Positions 23,215 through 35,314 of a stretch of DNA of 64,000 nucleotides are shown piece after piece. Made by a program: the position numbers and the translations under genes. The stretch covers positions 88,474,001-88,538,000 of the forward strand of contig OZ024743.1 of NCBI GenBank assembly GCA_964016885.1, written 5' to 3'. A model generated the notes under the pieces. The model was given only the letters and a program-made list of their open reading frames with translations, did no database searches and was not told the DNA's origin. This stretch comes from Eledone cirrhosa. Taxonomy: Eukaryota. The number at the start of each line of letters is the position of its first letter. The first letter of the stretch is position 1.

Positions 23215-23656
23215 GTATATGTACATACATATATGTATACAGACGTACAGTAGTATGTATATATATACATACATTTATCGTTTTCGGTGCACCCGGTCGA
23301 CTAAACTCACTCAATATGCAAATTAGGATGCTCAGCCGTTAATATGCATAAGGAAAGTATATACTTTCAGACGTTCATCCATCTGGCAGGAAGGTATACG
23401 ATGCTGACGATAGCTAATAAGCTTGAAACTAGTACATCGTTCCTGTGTCAGTGTTGAACAAAAAGGTGACGTGGTTGCCTAAATACTGTACGGCGTAATT
23501 CGGGCTGTTTGTTTACAAACAGACAAACCGAGCATTATAATAAATGTTCGGTAAACCGATTCGTGCATATATATATGTGTGCATGTATGTATATATATAC
23601 ATACTACTGTACGTCTGTATACATATATGTATGTACGTATACATACATACTTACAT
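23201..23656 (+). mobile_element. ~455-bp element bounded by 74-bp inverted repeats and carrying a hammerhead motif
   Basis: 23201-23274 and 23583-23656 are reverse complements (2 mismatches) and include the non-microsatellite core tacagacgtacagtagta. Confidence 0.75.
23387..23445 (+). ncRNA. Type I hammerhead ribozyme motif with extended stem I
   Basis: cagga-aggtat-acgatg-CTGACGA-t-agc(taataa)gct-t-GAAA-ctag-TA-catcgt-tcctg: 6-bp stem I plus a 5-bp extension beyond a bulge, palindromic ACTAGT stem III, GUA triplet. Confidence 0.75.
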
Positions 23657-23707
23657 TTAAGTAAGTGCCGTACTAAGAGTGAGAAATGAAATTTCGTTTC
23701 ATTCTAT

Positions 23708-23737
<30 letters not shown>

Positions 23738-23738
<1 letters not shown>

Positions 23739-24909
23739 CATCATCATCATTATCATCATCATCATCATCATTTAACGTCCATGTTCCACGCTTGCATGGG
23801 TTTGGACGAGAGTTTTCCCACTTGAGGCAAGAGTGGTTGTCTTGCTCGCCTAGGACTGTCTGGCGGGTTTTCTACAGCTGGATGCCCTTCCTAACACCAA
23901 CCACATTTACAGTGTGGAACTGGGAGGTTTTTACCGTGTTACCTACACGGCCACATTACAGCGTGGACTGTGTGTTTTTTTTGTCGTGACACCTACACGA
24001 CCTCATTTGTTTCGGGCTGGATGTTGTGACACCAACATAACTTTACATTGAAAGGGGTGGTGTGGATGGGATGGGGGTAGTGGGACGGGGGTGTATTTTG
24101 TTAGAGGTGCCTACTGACTGTAGTAGGTTTCACTTTGTACTTAGGTAAGGCGGGTCTTCTCTATTACTGTGTAGCGCCAAAGCTCTCAGTCCAGTGACAT
24201 TGTCTTGGAGAGGTGTAAGTGTGTGAGGTCGGAATTTATCAAGTCGTCCCAGGTTTTTCTGGCTCTGCCTACTCTATTTTTATTGCCCTGCACTTTTTTA
24301 TACAGCTGTCGTCTTTCATGCGCATCACGTGACCATACCAACGTAGTCTTCTCTCAAGTAAACAACATCTGATCCCTCTTATTCCTAATTTCTCCCTTAG
24401 TACGTTTATGCTTTGCCGTTCACGTATATTACTATTACACATCCAGCGGAGCATGCAAACTTCGTTTCTCTCCAGTCTGCACATATCCTCTGCGCACAAT
24501 GCCCAGGTCTCACTGCCATGTAACATTGCTGTTCGTATGCAGGCATCATACAGCCTGCCTTTCATTTTTAGAGGGAACCCTTTAGCGGCCAATAATGGTA
24601 TAAGCTCTCTGAACTTTTCCCATCCCGTTCTGACTCTAGCTACTGTACTTTCAGAGCACCCTCCCCCACTGCTGATTTTATCACCCAGGTAACGGAAGCT
24701 GTCCACTATTTCTATAGAACCATCTGTGCAATGGAATGAGTTAGTATTCTGTGGGCACTTGCTGCTACTTATTGCACCAGAGCACCGGTCACATATAAAA
24801 TCTATATTCTTAGATAGTTTACCTGTGATCCCACTACATCTTTTATGTACCCATACTTTGCATTTGGGACATAAAATGGAGTTTCTACCTACTCCTTTCC
24901 TACACACTG
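23738..24909 (-). mobile_element. 5'-truncated RTE LINE beginning at the PHD finger
   Basis: ORF 24269-24937 matches 13138-13775; (TCA)n tail at 23738-23770. Confidence 0.93.
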
Positions 24910-24940
<31 letters not shown>

Positions 24941-25449
24941 TCTATATATATATATGTGTGTGTGGGTCTGTACATTTTAATTTAACTTTTTAATTATTAT
25001 GTATTTCATTCCTTGAGCTCATTAAATTACAGGGGATTAACGCGAGTCTTTAACTCCATTTTTTCATTTGATATATATATAAGGTATATATTGAGTTAGA
25101 AACTCAAAATAGTCTCTTACAGTTAAATAGCTCAAAGAAAGAAGTTTTTCTGAGCCATGTAACATAATTGAATATAAAAGAGAGATAAACACAAATACAA
25201 ACACACATGTGTTCAAATTGTAAGGGACCAAGTTCATATATATATATTTCAATCCCATATATTTTCATTGTTTGACCCGAATTACTTGATCGTTTTTTTG
25301 GCTGTGCGGATGTTTGTTTAACCATCATCTCAGTGTGTTTGGCCTTTAACGTATGTTGTAGCTCTGATTCATCTGAATTATCGAGCGCTTGCCACACATC
25401 TTGGAAGTTGTTTTTCGTTAATTCCTAAGCCGAAATACGATTCTCGCTA

Positions 25450-25451
<2 letters not shown>

Positions 25452-25534
<83 letters not shown>
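25452..25534. repeat. (TA)n microsatellite, ~40 units
   Basis: Direct reading. Confidence 0.95.
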
Positions 25535-25539
<5 letters not shown>

Positions 25540-25680
25540 AGTTTATGTTGGTTGTATACCAACACCTCAGTTTGCAGGCTGGAGCACTCGACGAAGTGCG
25601 CAGGTTGGTTTGGTTACTCCGGAGTAGTGTAAAATAAAGTTAAATAAAAGTCAAATGATTAAAATTTAGCTTCGTTTATT

Positions 25681-25735
25681 ACTGCTATATATATTTCAGT
25701 GACAGCCATCTTTGGCTGTGACCTCTTCAGGCAGT
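25681..25735 (-). ncRNA. Type I hammerhead ribozyme motif, intact core
   Basis: Minus strand actgc-CTGAAGA-ggtcacagcca(aaga)tggctgtcact-GAAA-tatat-ATA-gcagt-AATAAA: perfect 5-bp stem I, ~10-bp stem II, palindromic stem III, AUA triplet, then a poly(A) signal. Confidence 0.82.
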
Positions 25736-25819
25736 TTGAGTTAGTATGGTATAGACAAGTACATATGTTGTTTAGGTGTATAATATTGCCTGATAAACCT
25801 CAGAACCGACTTCTTCGGG

Positions 25820-26030
25820 ACATGCAGACACCTTAGAGCCGGGACCTTTCTCAAGACATATGGACAGTAGCAACACAAGAAAATGTGAACTCTCCTCAAG
25901 CTATAGGGACTTCTACAGAACATGAAAACACCTCTCGGCCAGACTTCCCTCAAGCTATATGGGCAGTAACAACACCCTAGGTTGTGAATTCCCCTCAAGC
26001 CATAGGGAACAACCCAGGCTGAGCAGACAC
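25820..26030. repeat. Degenerate ~99-bp dimeric repeat next to the hammerhead
   Basis: ctcaag(c/a).ata.gg recurs at ~25850, 25896, 25949 and 25994 with alternating spacers. Confidence 0.6.
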
Positions 26031-26977
26031 CATGATAGCCTAGAGATAGAATCGGACACAGCCATTATAATTTGGCCAACATCTATATAACACAAACACT
26101 TTTTAATTTACTAGATTTCTGATTTTCAAGTTCCAATCTTAAATCTTGATTTCTCTTTATTATGGGTTTAGATGGGTTGTGACATACTGTGGCTGGACAG
26201 GTCTGGTGATTGTGCCTTACTCATACACACCACTTTTGGCTTGGTTTTTAGGGCTGGATGCCTTTTCTAATGCCAACCATTTTATAGTGTGTATTTGGAG
26301 CATTTTATCATGATTTTGGCACTACCACTTTACAGGGTGAACTAAGTGTTTTTTGTCATGATACCAGCACCACCAACTTAGAAGGTAGACTGCGAGCTTT
26401 TTATCATGGCAACTACACTACCACTTTACAGTGCAGACTCAGTACTTTACATCTCGACCCCTGTAAGGATGAAAGGCAAAGCTAACCTTGGCAAGATTTG
26501 TAACTATATCTCGCTTCTGATGAGCATATCAGGCAAAAGACCAAATATTTCTGAAGTACTGAGAAAGAAAAAGAACACTTTCAGATATGTATAGATCAAA
26601 ATAATTTATAAAAATCAACAGATATAATGTATTGTAATTTTTTTTTTACTTTTGTTATTTGATTATTAAAATATCTGTAAATATGAGGCATATTTTTTAA
26701 AGATAATAAATTAAAGCAATGGGAATAATATTTTGTCTGGATATTGCTTTGAGTTCTTCCAATTAAGAAGAGTAAAATACAATTTATTAAAATCTTAGTG
26801 TGATAGACGAAATGTTTGATTAGAAATACATTAGGCAACAATGTATTTCATTTATCTACATATTATTTGAACTCTTGTATTTCGATCTAATAATTATGCA
26901 CTTGAGATAAATTAAGTTTGCTTTTAAATAACATATGGTGCAGATGTCAACACTTTAGTATAATTCTATTCACATTG

Positions 26978-27845
26978 GACCGAATTAGCAGCGGAGGTGG
27001 GTGTTCAGAAAGTATAATAACTAGGGTAAGAACGGGATGGAAGAAGTTCAGGGAACTACTGCCACTGCTAGCTGCAAAAGGCTTCTCTCTCAAAATGAAA
27101 GGCAGACTGTATGATGTGTGTATACGAACAGCAATGTTACATGGTAGTGAGACCTGGGCGCTGGAGGTGGAAGACTTACGTAGATTAGAAAGAAACGAAG
27201 CCTGCATGCTCCGATGGATGTGTAATAGTAATATACGAGAACGGCAAAACATAAATGAATTGAGAGAGAGACTGAGCATAAGAGGAATCAAATGCTCTGT
27301 GCAGGAGAGGCGGTTGCGTTGGTATGGACATGTGATGCGTATGAAGGATGACAGCTGCATAAAAAGGTGCAGAGCACTAGAAGTCAATGGAAACCGTGGA
27401 GTGGGGAGACCCAAGAAGACCTGGGATGAGGTGATAAAAGCCGACCTTACCCAATTACACCTCTCAAAGGCGATGACACACAACCGTGACCTCTGGCGTC
27501 ACGCAGTAATATAGAGTACCCGACCTCCCATGGGTACAAGCTGAAGCATATAGACAATATGCCCCCACACCCTCCCACTGCAAAGTGGTCGTGGAGGTGC
27601 ACGGCAAAAATAGCACCCAGCCCACACTGTAGAGTGGACGTGTAGGCGCCACGGAAAAAAGCACCCAGCACTCACTGTAAATGAGGTTGGTGTTAGGAAG
27701 GGCATCCAGCTGTAGAAATCAAGCCAAAATCAGTTCCTGTATGAGCAAGGCATGGTCAGACACTGACCACAACAGGACAACCCGTCTAACCGATGCTAGC
27801 ATGGAAGAACGGACGTAAAACGGTGATGATGATGATGATGATGAT
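26978..27845 (+). mobile_element. 5'-truncated RTE LINE, subfamily 2, open frame to the stop
   Basis: ORF 26918-27514 from DRISSGGG onward; full 3' UTR and (ATG)n tail. Confidence 0.93.
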
Positions 27846-28911
27846 TCATGTTAATTTTTAAATTATGCTGACAATATATTAAACTAAAATTATTTATTGC
27901 CACTGTGAATATGATTATGGAATTCAATATCTTTATCACAGATCAGCAAGATTGTTTTTTTTTGTTCTGGCTCATTAACATTTTTTTCTATTGTTACTCA
28001 TGACCCATATGTATATTATATCACAGCTTACATATAACAATTAAAAAAGGTCTGAAGACCATAGACAACAACACTTCAGTGGTTTACTTGTGAGCAGCAA
28101 CACACCTGTTGCCAATCTTTGATCTAAGTTATATGTATTTCACTCATTCAAACAACCAGTAGGATTTTGAACTAAATTGAGTAATATTTTTATTTAAATA
28201 GTTTCCTTTGGTTGCTGAATTCCAGAAGACTGCCATATTTTCTTTCAATGAATTGAACTATCCACTATCCTAAATGTGGAGTTATTTCTTTGCATTTATT
28301 CAGACGATACCAGTGAAATAATGTTTGTTCATTTAAAGATAATAGTTTTTGTTGGTGCCATGAAACAGTTCATGAATATATGTAAAAACCTCTAACTCCT
28401 GATGAAGTTGTAGGGGTGCCATACAGCGTTTCTTGGGCATTTTAAACATGGTGGGGTCCATCTCCTTTCCAAGTCTGAGCACAGCTGATTACTTCCAGGA
28501 AAAGGTAGAGAAAGTGATAGAGAAGAAGTGAAAACTTTGAAGAATCAACCCCAGTACTAGACTGTTGCTTTTTTTATTTACCTTGAAAGGACGAAAGGCA
28601 AATTTAACCTGCGCAGGTTTTGAATTGAAAGTGTAGAGAGCTGAAAAGAATATTGCATATTACAATGCATGTTATTTAATGTTCTAACGATTCTGTCAGT
28701 TTGCTGCCTGAACCTGTTCATATATTATCATAAACTTTCAGTGTTTACACTGTAAGATTTTGATATATCCTCATGTTACAAAATCTACTATTACTATCAC
28801 TTAGGGTGGTGGATTGGTGGAGTCATTAGAATATTGGATAAAATGTCTTGAAGTTACAGACTCTTTATTTTCTGAGTTCAAATCCTGCTGATGTTGATTT
28901 TGCCTTTCAGC

Positions 28912-30017
28912 CTTCCAGTGTTGATGAAATAAAATATCAATAAACTATTAGGGTAATAACAATTGATTGTTCTCCAGGTCCTGCTAAATTTCTGTTCTTT
29001 TATTTATGTAGGAAATTATTATTGTCTCTAATGTATTAGTTATAAGAATTAATGCTACTCTCCCTAATTTTATTAACCCTTTTCTTACTGAAACACACTG
29101 CCTATGATTTTCAAATCATTTTGAAAATAATCAAAAGTTTGGGAGAAGACTGCAATATTTTCTTCCAATGAACTGAACTATCCACTATCCCAAATGTGGA
29201 GTTATATTTTTGCATTTATTCAAAGGATACCAGGGAAATGATGTTTGTTCGCTTTAGAATTGCAGTAATGTGCCGACTTCAGCATACAGTAATCAGAAGA
29301 AGGGATGTAGGTGAGGTGTAAAAGCCAAACTTTCCATCTTCAATTCAGTATTCATGCCAACCCTTACCTATGGTCATGAATCTTGGGTAATGACTGAAAG
29401 AATCCAATTGCGAATAGAAATGGCTGAAATGAGATTCCTCCGAAGGGTCTTTGAAGTAAAGTTCTCAATAGAGTGTGTAGCTTGGAGATCTGAGTCACTC
29501 CAGGTAGAGCTGCTACTTCTCCAAATTGAGAGATCACAGCTCCAATACTTTGGGCATGTGGTTAGAATGTCTCAGGAAAGAATCACTGGACAGATTTTAC
29601 AGGCAAATCCAACTAGTAGGATACCCAGGGGTAGACCACAAACAAGATGGTTAGATAACATCCATGAGTTGGCTGGTCTTGCTTGCTTCGGGATTCAGCT
29701 GGATCAGTTGGAGAAGGTTACTTCTGACAGAACCCGCTGGAAGGGGTGCTTGAGGAGTCTGCTCCCATGACCCTCTCAGGAAGAATCTTCTAGTATTGAT
29801 GAAATAAAATACCAGTAAACTACTAGGGTAAACACAATTAATTGTTCCCCACCTTCCTGCTAAATTTCTGGTCTTGTATTTAAGTAAGAAATTATTATTG
29901 TCTCTAGTGTATTAGTTATAAGAATTAATGCTACCCTCCCTAATTTCATGAACCCTTTTCTTACCAGAACACATTGCCTATGATTTTCAAATCATTTTGA
30001 AAATAATCAAAAGTTTG
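28912..30017. repeat. 230-bp direct duplication (28912-29141 and 29787-30017) flanking an insertion
   Basis: The two segments align over their length. The insert holds a copy of 28224-28330 plus a LINE fragment. Confidence 0.8.
29280..29786 (+). mobile_element. 3' fragment of an RTE/BovB-like LINE (second family)
   Basis: PTLTYGHESW...AEMRFLRR...RSQLQYFGHVVRM...RGRPQTRWLDNI. Confidence 0.85.
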
Positions 30018-30385
30018 AAAGGATTTAGTAATTCTCGTTATTAAGATGGTGTTTGGAATAAAGCATAAAGTTATAATGGAAGAAGGTTTTTAGATAAATA
30101 TCATCATCATCATGTTCCCACAACTGGTGCATCCATTCTAGATGTGTCATTGGTGCAGTCAATTGTTGAGGTGCCACTCTAAACACTTTTGCAGTCAGTC
30201 ATCACCATTGATCTCCATCATGCGTGGAGGGGTCTCAGTGTTGTGACCAGTCCCATCTTTGATGTTGTTAGAGCAGGATTTTCTTTGTCTGTCTCTTTCT
30301 CCCCCCCCCCCCCCCCCTGACTGTACTCTGAAGGATGATTTTGGACAAGGAGTTGTGGTAGGATATAAATATAGAAATATAGATA

Positions 30386-30539
30386 CCGTATTTCCTGTCG
30401 TTGAAGACGCTACTTTTTTCCTAAAATAAGTCTAAAAAATCTACCATGCGTCCTGGAAGCCGAAAGTTGTTCGTTATTTTTTTTCAAAAATTAGGGTGCT
30501 TCCTCGAGGACGAAGCATCTTCGGCGCAGGGAAATACGG
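30386..30539. mobile_element. Tc2/pogo-type MITE
   Basis: TA|CCGTATTTCC ... GGAAATACGG|TA with extended imperfect inverted repeats. Confidence 0.8.
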
Positions 30540-32081
30540 TACTTTAAAACAGGCAGTTTTATACCACAGAACCATAGCTGGTTTGATATCAAAAGTATTA
30601 ATTTTAACTTTCTATCTAGCTGAAGGCAATGGAGTACTGCAAACAATAGAGTACCAGACTCAATGTCTCACATCAAATCCTGAGGTAACCACTGTTGCTT
30701 TTCATTAAATTTAATTGATTTTTATTCTTTCTTTCTGAATTTGTGCCTCCTAATCTCTGTCAAAATATGCCTATGTATATCTTTTCTACAAACATTAGTA
30801 TATTGTGCATAAGTTAGAAATCCAGATATAATATACTAAACCATTAACACAACAGCTGTAGTTTGTTGTAGATTAAAGTTGTGAAGTGTTTTTACTAACA
30901 GCTTCCAACAATATTTACTTTTACTCTCGCTCTCTTTATTAATATTATTATTACTAGATGAGGACGTCTTCTATCTCTTCTGTCACACACACACTCTCTC
31001 TCTCTAAACAAATGACGTTCCTTTTCTCTATCTATGTACCTCTCTTTCACTTATTGCTTCTCCTCTCTATATATAGATGAGGGTGACGTCGTAGCTTTCT
31101 GTCTATCGATTCTTTCAGTCATCAAGTGATATATTCATAAAATATAGTCCTGTTAAGGAAGGGAATTGGCAGAGTTGTTTGAGCATCAGACACAATACTT
31201 TGCTGTATTTATTCCAGCTCCTTCTAGGGTCAATGTGTAAAATATCAGTCTAGGGTGCTGACCCAATGGAATCATTTGTGCATTAGATTTGTCCCCGCTC
31301 TTTGCATTCTGAATTCAAATCCTATCATAACTCACTAGGGTGGTAGGATTAATCTGTCATGCAGTTTAACAGCACCACATAGCACTTGAGTGTCTTTAGC
31401 AAAGTATATTCCAGCTAGATCTTTAGTTTTAGGATACCTCCAGAAATTTAGCAGGAAGGTGGGGAACAATCAATTGTATTTACCTCAGTATTTTACTGGT
31501 ATTTTATTTCATCAACACTGGAAGATTGAAAGGCAAAATCAACATCAGCAGGATTTGAACATAAAGAGTCTGTAACTAAATACTTCAAGGCATTCTACCA
31601 TCAGTTGTTATATAAAATTATGATGTAAGGTTTTTAGATAAATAAAAACATTTTACAACAAACTGTTTTTTTTCTTATCATAAACCCATTTCCATTTTGT
31701 TTATTATCAAAAGGGTCAAGCAAAGTTCTTATAAAAAATGATGATGGAAAGTTTTTAGATAAATATAAACACTTTAAAGTTTTGTATCACAGAATGAGGG
31801 GCAGTTTGGTATTAAAAATGTTAATATAAATGGTAGTGAGATGTTAGTTTCAAAATAATGGTGATGGATATCTAGGTGTTAGGTAATGTCCTTAAGGGTG
31901 CCTGGTTGTTCCGGTGCCTTAGCCCCATCATCACCCACAGTAATGCTGCAAGCATGTTGGCTTGCCTCAAATTTCCGTTGACCCTTGTGGTGCGCAGCCG
32001 AATGTCGCACTTGATGATGACTTAATGGTTGTTTTTCTTTCCTTCTCTTTTTCTCTCGCTTTGATCATATATTTGTGTCAT

Positions 32082-32412
32082 CGCCGAGGTTAACTTTGCC
32101 TTTCATCACTTACGGGGTCGATAAAATAAAATACCAGTAATGCACTGGTTAATTGCTGGCCTTGTGCCAAAAGTAGAAACAATTATAATTGGGTGGTGGA
32201 TTGGCGGTAATCGGTAGAGCGTTAGACACAATGCTTTGAGGCATATAGTTACGGCCCTTTACGTTCTGATTTCGAATGCCGCTGAAGTTAGCTCTACCTT
32301 TCATCCTTACAGGGTCAATAAAATAAAGCACCAGTAATACCCTGGGGCCGATTTAGTCAACTTTCCCCGTCCCTTCAAATTGCTGGCCTTTTTCCAATTG
32401 TAGAAACAATTA
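32082..32412 (+). mobile_element. Two tandem Meta-domain SINE copies
   Basis: gccgaggttaactttgcctttcatc...ggggtcgataaaataaa.taccag...attgctggccttgtgcc...agaaacaattat twice; the second has a full head. Confidence 0.85.
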
Positions 32413-32608
32413 TATTTGTGAGGTTCCTAGCAATAATTAATTGTATTTATGTGTTTATATTTTTATTCTGCAAGAATTATAAACAATTTGTAATGTTATT
32501 TATACAACTGTGAATAATAAATGATTTTAGACTCCAAATATCAATTGAGTTCTCACTAAGTGAAGCAGGAGAATTTGAGCAAGCTAATAAAGTCAAATAT
32601 TTATATGG

Positions 32609-32918
32609 TATAGAGTCGGATATGGCCTACAATAAAACTGAAAGTTACCTGATTTTTCGCCAAAATTTATCTTTGTTTAACATTTTGAGCTTTATCTTTG
32701 TTTGTTGCCATATAATTTTAATATTCCGTAAATTGGGGACGTTGGTGTTAAGAAAGTTTTCATAATGAATAATGGTGTTATCACCTACGATTTAATGATT
32801 TAATTAAAATTGCTGTTTCCTGACATTCCCTTTCATTGTATTGTTGGTTTAAATTTACTTTCAATTTCATAAAAAAAATTTTTTTCTTGTTGGCTGCCAT
32901 ATCCGACACAATTCTATA
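32609..32918. mobile_element. Putative MITE
   Basis: gtcggatatggc (32615) and gccatatccgac (32896) form a perfect 12-bp inverted repeat with imperfect extensions. Confidence 0.55.
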
Positions 32919-33520
32919 GGAAACCGAAGCCTCTATGCGGTCATTGTACCTGTTAGAAACTGCCGATGATTAATTCTTTCGACTTTATCGTCTTTAAATG
33001 GTCGAATATACTAGATAACACAGTTCTGGATGAAATATGTCCTTATGTAAGCCACCCGTCTCTCGATAAAAAATAGACAGAACGGGGGGCATTTTTGCAA
33101 ATAAATATCGTCTGGTTGCAACAGATATGACAAAATTCAATGAAAAAACAAAACAAAAACAAGATTCAATCTTGTTTGCTGTTTACAGTCTATATCTTTT
33201 TGTGTAAGTTTAATCAATAGGCGTTTTTGAGGACTCGGCCCCGACGATCCAAACAGGAGTAAGGTGGGCAAAGAAGTTTAATCAATAGAATGCATCTTTT
33301 AATATCAAGATAAACTAATCGAAAAATATCTAATGTAAAGAAACTTTTCTCTAAATATTATATATTATCCAAGTGCACGATGAATAGATCACAAATTCGA
33401 TCGCTCTTCCACTCTGCTCCGCCGTGCACAATCTGGAGAGATGGTCATAATTAGACCTTGAAAACTTAGGTAGCGCTTTTTGTTCCTTGTGTGAAGATAA
33501 ATAAATAGTGGTAAGAAACT

Positions 33521-33745
33521 CCCAGGAGAGCTGGATAGCAGGTCTTCAGAGAAGACCCTCACTTCCCAAGCGAGTGTTTCGGCCCTTAACTTCTTACACC
33601 GGGCCGCATCAGGTCATGACTCCTGGGTGCCCTTCTGCTGACATTTAGCCATTTGGATATGGGAGACTTGCTGTGTATTTAAACTGTATGGAGATTTAGT
33701 TGAAAGTGTCTTCAAACTGGAACTCCTCTCCGTTTCCTCTGCTTT
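33521..33745 (-). mobile_element. Penelope-like element 3' remnant: GIY-YIG-like C-terminus followed by a hammerhead-like structure
   Basis: With one frameshift the minus strand reads about QRKRRE.F..KTLSTKSPYSLN, resembling the R..RE.FWI..L.T..P.GLN end of PLE endonucleases. It is followed by CTGATGC-ggccc...gggcc-GAAA-cact...agtg. Confidence 0.6.
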
Positions 33746-34549
33746 CAAATATATATTATATAGATATAGAAGCGTCGCTTCTATTTCTATTTCAATTCTA
33801 AAAAATTTCGCTCGCCGCGTTCCAAACTTATTCCCTTTGTTGATATAATATTAGAATAATTTTAACATGTCATAAAGATGATTATAAAAGTATGTGATGT
33901 TTTATTTGTTTACACAGAAATACGAATAGACTGAGAGTTAACGTGTTTGGAATAGGAAATTAGTTGATTTATGCTGAGAACCGCGCGCTTTTTTTTTCAT
34001 AATGAAAAGGCTACAGCCGTTGAAGACAGCTCATATTTCACTCACAAGTTGGTGTTATCAGAAATTTTGACATAAATTGAAAACATGCCTCATTGGACAA
34101 ACAATAACTAACTATATCATATACACCTAAATACATATATCAGTGTACGCATTTTAGTGTATGTACATGAATATGCAGTATATATTATAAGCGAATTAAC
34201 TTCAGTGAAAAAGTTAAGGAAAGAACTTGAGTGAAAGCAGAAACGCGGGAACTCTTGACTTGTGTTGTTTAACCTTTTGTAAGTGTCGTAACTTTGTTAA
34301 AACTTCACAAAGAGGGTGAACTGAAGCTAAAGAAATCTTTATTAGCTTTATAATTAATTTTAAAAGTATTTTCTTTGAATGAATGGGGAAGGAAAAGTTA
34401 ATGAAACTCATTAGAAGCGCTCTGAATGCTCGACACGGTGTATGGGGCAACACAAGTTCCCACTAACTTTTTGTAACTCGGTATAACGAAGGGGGTACAT
34501 ATATGTGATACCTACAAAATAGGATAATTTAATTTTTTTATGGGGCTAA

Positions 34550-34665
34550 TATGTAAATTTATGCAAATGAGCTTACGTCATACATAAATTATGCTAATGA
34601 GACCCGGAAGTGGTCGCTGTCACGTGATCGCACAACCTTCAAAGTTGAAGACGCCATATTTCACA
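34550..34665 (+). promoter_or_regulatory. Probable Pol II proximal promoter
   Basis: Octamer ATGCAAAT (34561), CRE-like TTACGTCA (34573), ATGCTAAT (34591), ETS CCGGAAGT (34604), E-box TCACGTGA (34620) and YY1 CGCCATATT (34652) within 100 bp of non-repetitive, CpG-retaining DNA. Confidence 0.75.
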
Positions 34666-35002
34666 TCATAAACGGTGTGGAGAAAAAGAGGAAAGGCGTG
34701 AGACGTGAGGTTGAAAGTAGTAAAAAAAATATATACATGTATATATTTCTTTGTATATGTACAATATAGTGCTAGTAGCAACAATGATAAGCGAGAGTGC
34801 GGTTGTGCTTAGGCACAAGTATTGAAGTGTGTATTGACCAGCTTACACCGACATATATATTTATATATATATACGCACACACATCACAGTGCACGAGTTT
34901 TGTGTGTGTTGGCTGAAATAGACAAGAAACACCAGGAATTCGGTTTAGTAAAGACCAAACAACAACAAATATAGAGGAAATCTAAACCTAAACAAAAATC
35001 AG
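34660..35002 (+). other. Putative non-coding first exon (start approximate)
   Basis: Lies directly downstream of the motif cluster and ends at CAG|GTATAA, followed by T-rich intron-like sequence. Confidence 0.45.
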
Positions 35003-35272
35003 GTATAATATTGTATTGTTTGCTTTCTTTGATGGCTGTTCTCTCTGTTGGATATGGAGAGAGAATTAAAAAAAGACAAGAAAAATAGTGATAAATTTTT
35101 TTGGCAATCGGAGTGGTCCACTGCTGACGGTCTCTCTATCTTTCCCCCTCTCTCATTCCAACTGGCTGCCTTTTCTCAGCTACTTGCTCCATTGCTTAAT
35201 TGCTTGCTACTTCGTTTTCCTTGCACTTTTGGTTTCTTTGTATTATACATACATGCCCTCCTTTTTGCTCTC

Positions 35273-35314
<42 letters not shown>

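Noticed and set aside
25104-25397. 97-aa minus-strand ORF with protein-like N-terminal half
   Set aside because: No recognisable domain, no clear splice sites, and it decays into simple repeats; it cannot be supported without a search.
26510-26560. CTGATGA-gc...gc-AAAA
   Set aside because: 2-bp stem II, mutated GAAA and no convincing stems I or III.
28395-28420. CTGATGAAG motif
   Set aside because: Part of the alternative SINE tail; no hammerhead stems.
33583-33590. cccttaac as a telomerase RNA template
   Set aside because: It does not match CCCTAA repeats, and a PLE origin explains the region better.
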